Source: Saprolegnia diclina VS20 | Lineage: Eukaryota | Length of the DNA stretch: 64,000 nt | Assembly: GCF_000281045.1 (NCBI RefSeq) | Contig: NW_008246103.1 | Location: 150,582 to 214,581, forward strand | Direction: 5' to 3' | Part shown: piece by piece, positions 63,565-64,000 of the stretch | How positions within the stretch are numbered: the stretch's first letter is position 1 | Layout of the letters: each line of letters opens with the position of its first letter | The notes under the pieces: model-generated | The model's input: only the letters and a program-made list of their open reading frames with translations | The model's database searches: none | What the model was told of the DNA's origin: nothing | Position numbers and translations under genes: made by a program

Positions 63565-64000
63565 ATGGCCGACGACGACTCTGCCCGCGCCGCCAGCCTC
63601 AAGCGCCTCATTCAGCGCCGGCACTGGCAGCGCTGGCGCATCTACGAGATCGGGACGCAGTCGGCGAGCGAGGAGCACCTCGAAGAGCTCCTCGCGGCGC
63701 CATCGCCCAAGCTCGAGGCCATCCGTCACTGGCTGCAGACCAAGCTCATTACGATTCCGGAGCGGCGCCATTTCCTCTTCCGCGGGCTCGTGTGGCAAGT
63801 GCTTCTGCACGTGCACGACCGCCAAAGCTCCAGCGCGGACGAGCTCGGTCGCATCTCGGACCGCCTCGCGTCGTTGCCGCGAGACCCGCTCTTGCGCAAG
63901 GAAGTGTCGGACGCGGTTGCGCTCATGGCAGGTACGAAGGGCGAGGCCGCGCAGCCCGGCATGGAGACCGTGCTCATGTGGCTGCTCACGGCCAAGGCGG
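63565..64000 (+). CDS. Probable TBC (Rab-GAP)-like protein, 5' partial
   Basis: Open frame from ATG 63565 to the window edge: MADDDSARAASLKRL...TIPERRHFLFRGLVWQVLL, matching the TBC N-terminal IP...R..VW..LL pattern. Confidence 0.55.
   Translation, partial: MADDDSARAASLKRLIQRRHWQRWRIYEIGTQSASEEHLEELLAAPSPKLEAIRHWLQTKLITIPERRHFLFRGLVWQVLLHVHDRQSSSADELGRISDRLASLPRDPLLRKEVSDAVALMAGTKGEAAQPGMETVLMWLLTAKA

Overview
Eukaryotic, gene-dense, GC-rich DNA with short (about 40-60 nt) GT-AG introns, oomycete-type Inr/FPR core promoters and oomycete Cys/His (WRKY-like) repeat proteins. It is most consistent with an oomycete, probably Saprolegniales (inference). Genes in order: partial hypothetical (-), 6-phosphogluconolactonase ending in SKL (+), WRKY-like repeat protein (-), bifunctional LKR/SDH (+), Drosha-like double RNase III + dsRBD protein (-), MFS sugar porter (+), FAD monooxygenase (+), Bax inhibitor-1 (+), U2 snRNA (+), MOG1 (+), a strongly divergent dynein heavy chain with a degenerate AAA1 (-), RuvBL1 (-), SAP-like protein (-), second WRKY-like protein (-), canonical DNAH6-like axonemal dynein heavy chain (+), two hypotheticals and a partial TBC-like gene. 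Most notable unexplained structure: two homologous ~440-460 bp near-complete palindromic (foldback) elements 47 kb apart, an in-frame membrane-anchor-like extension behind the monooxygenase stop codon, the apparently ATPase-dead dynein, and a cluster of structured non-coding segments around the U2 gene. All family calls come from motif recognition by eye; no database searches were run.
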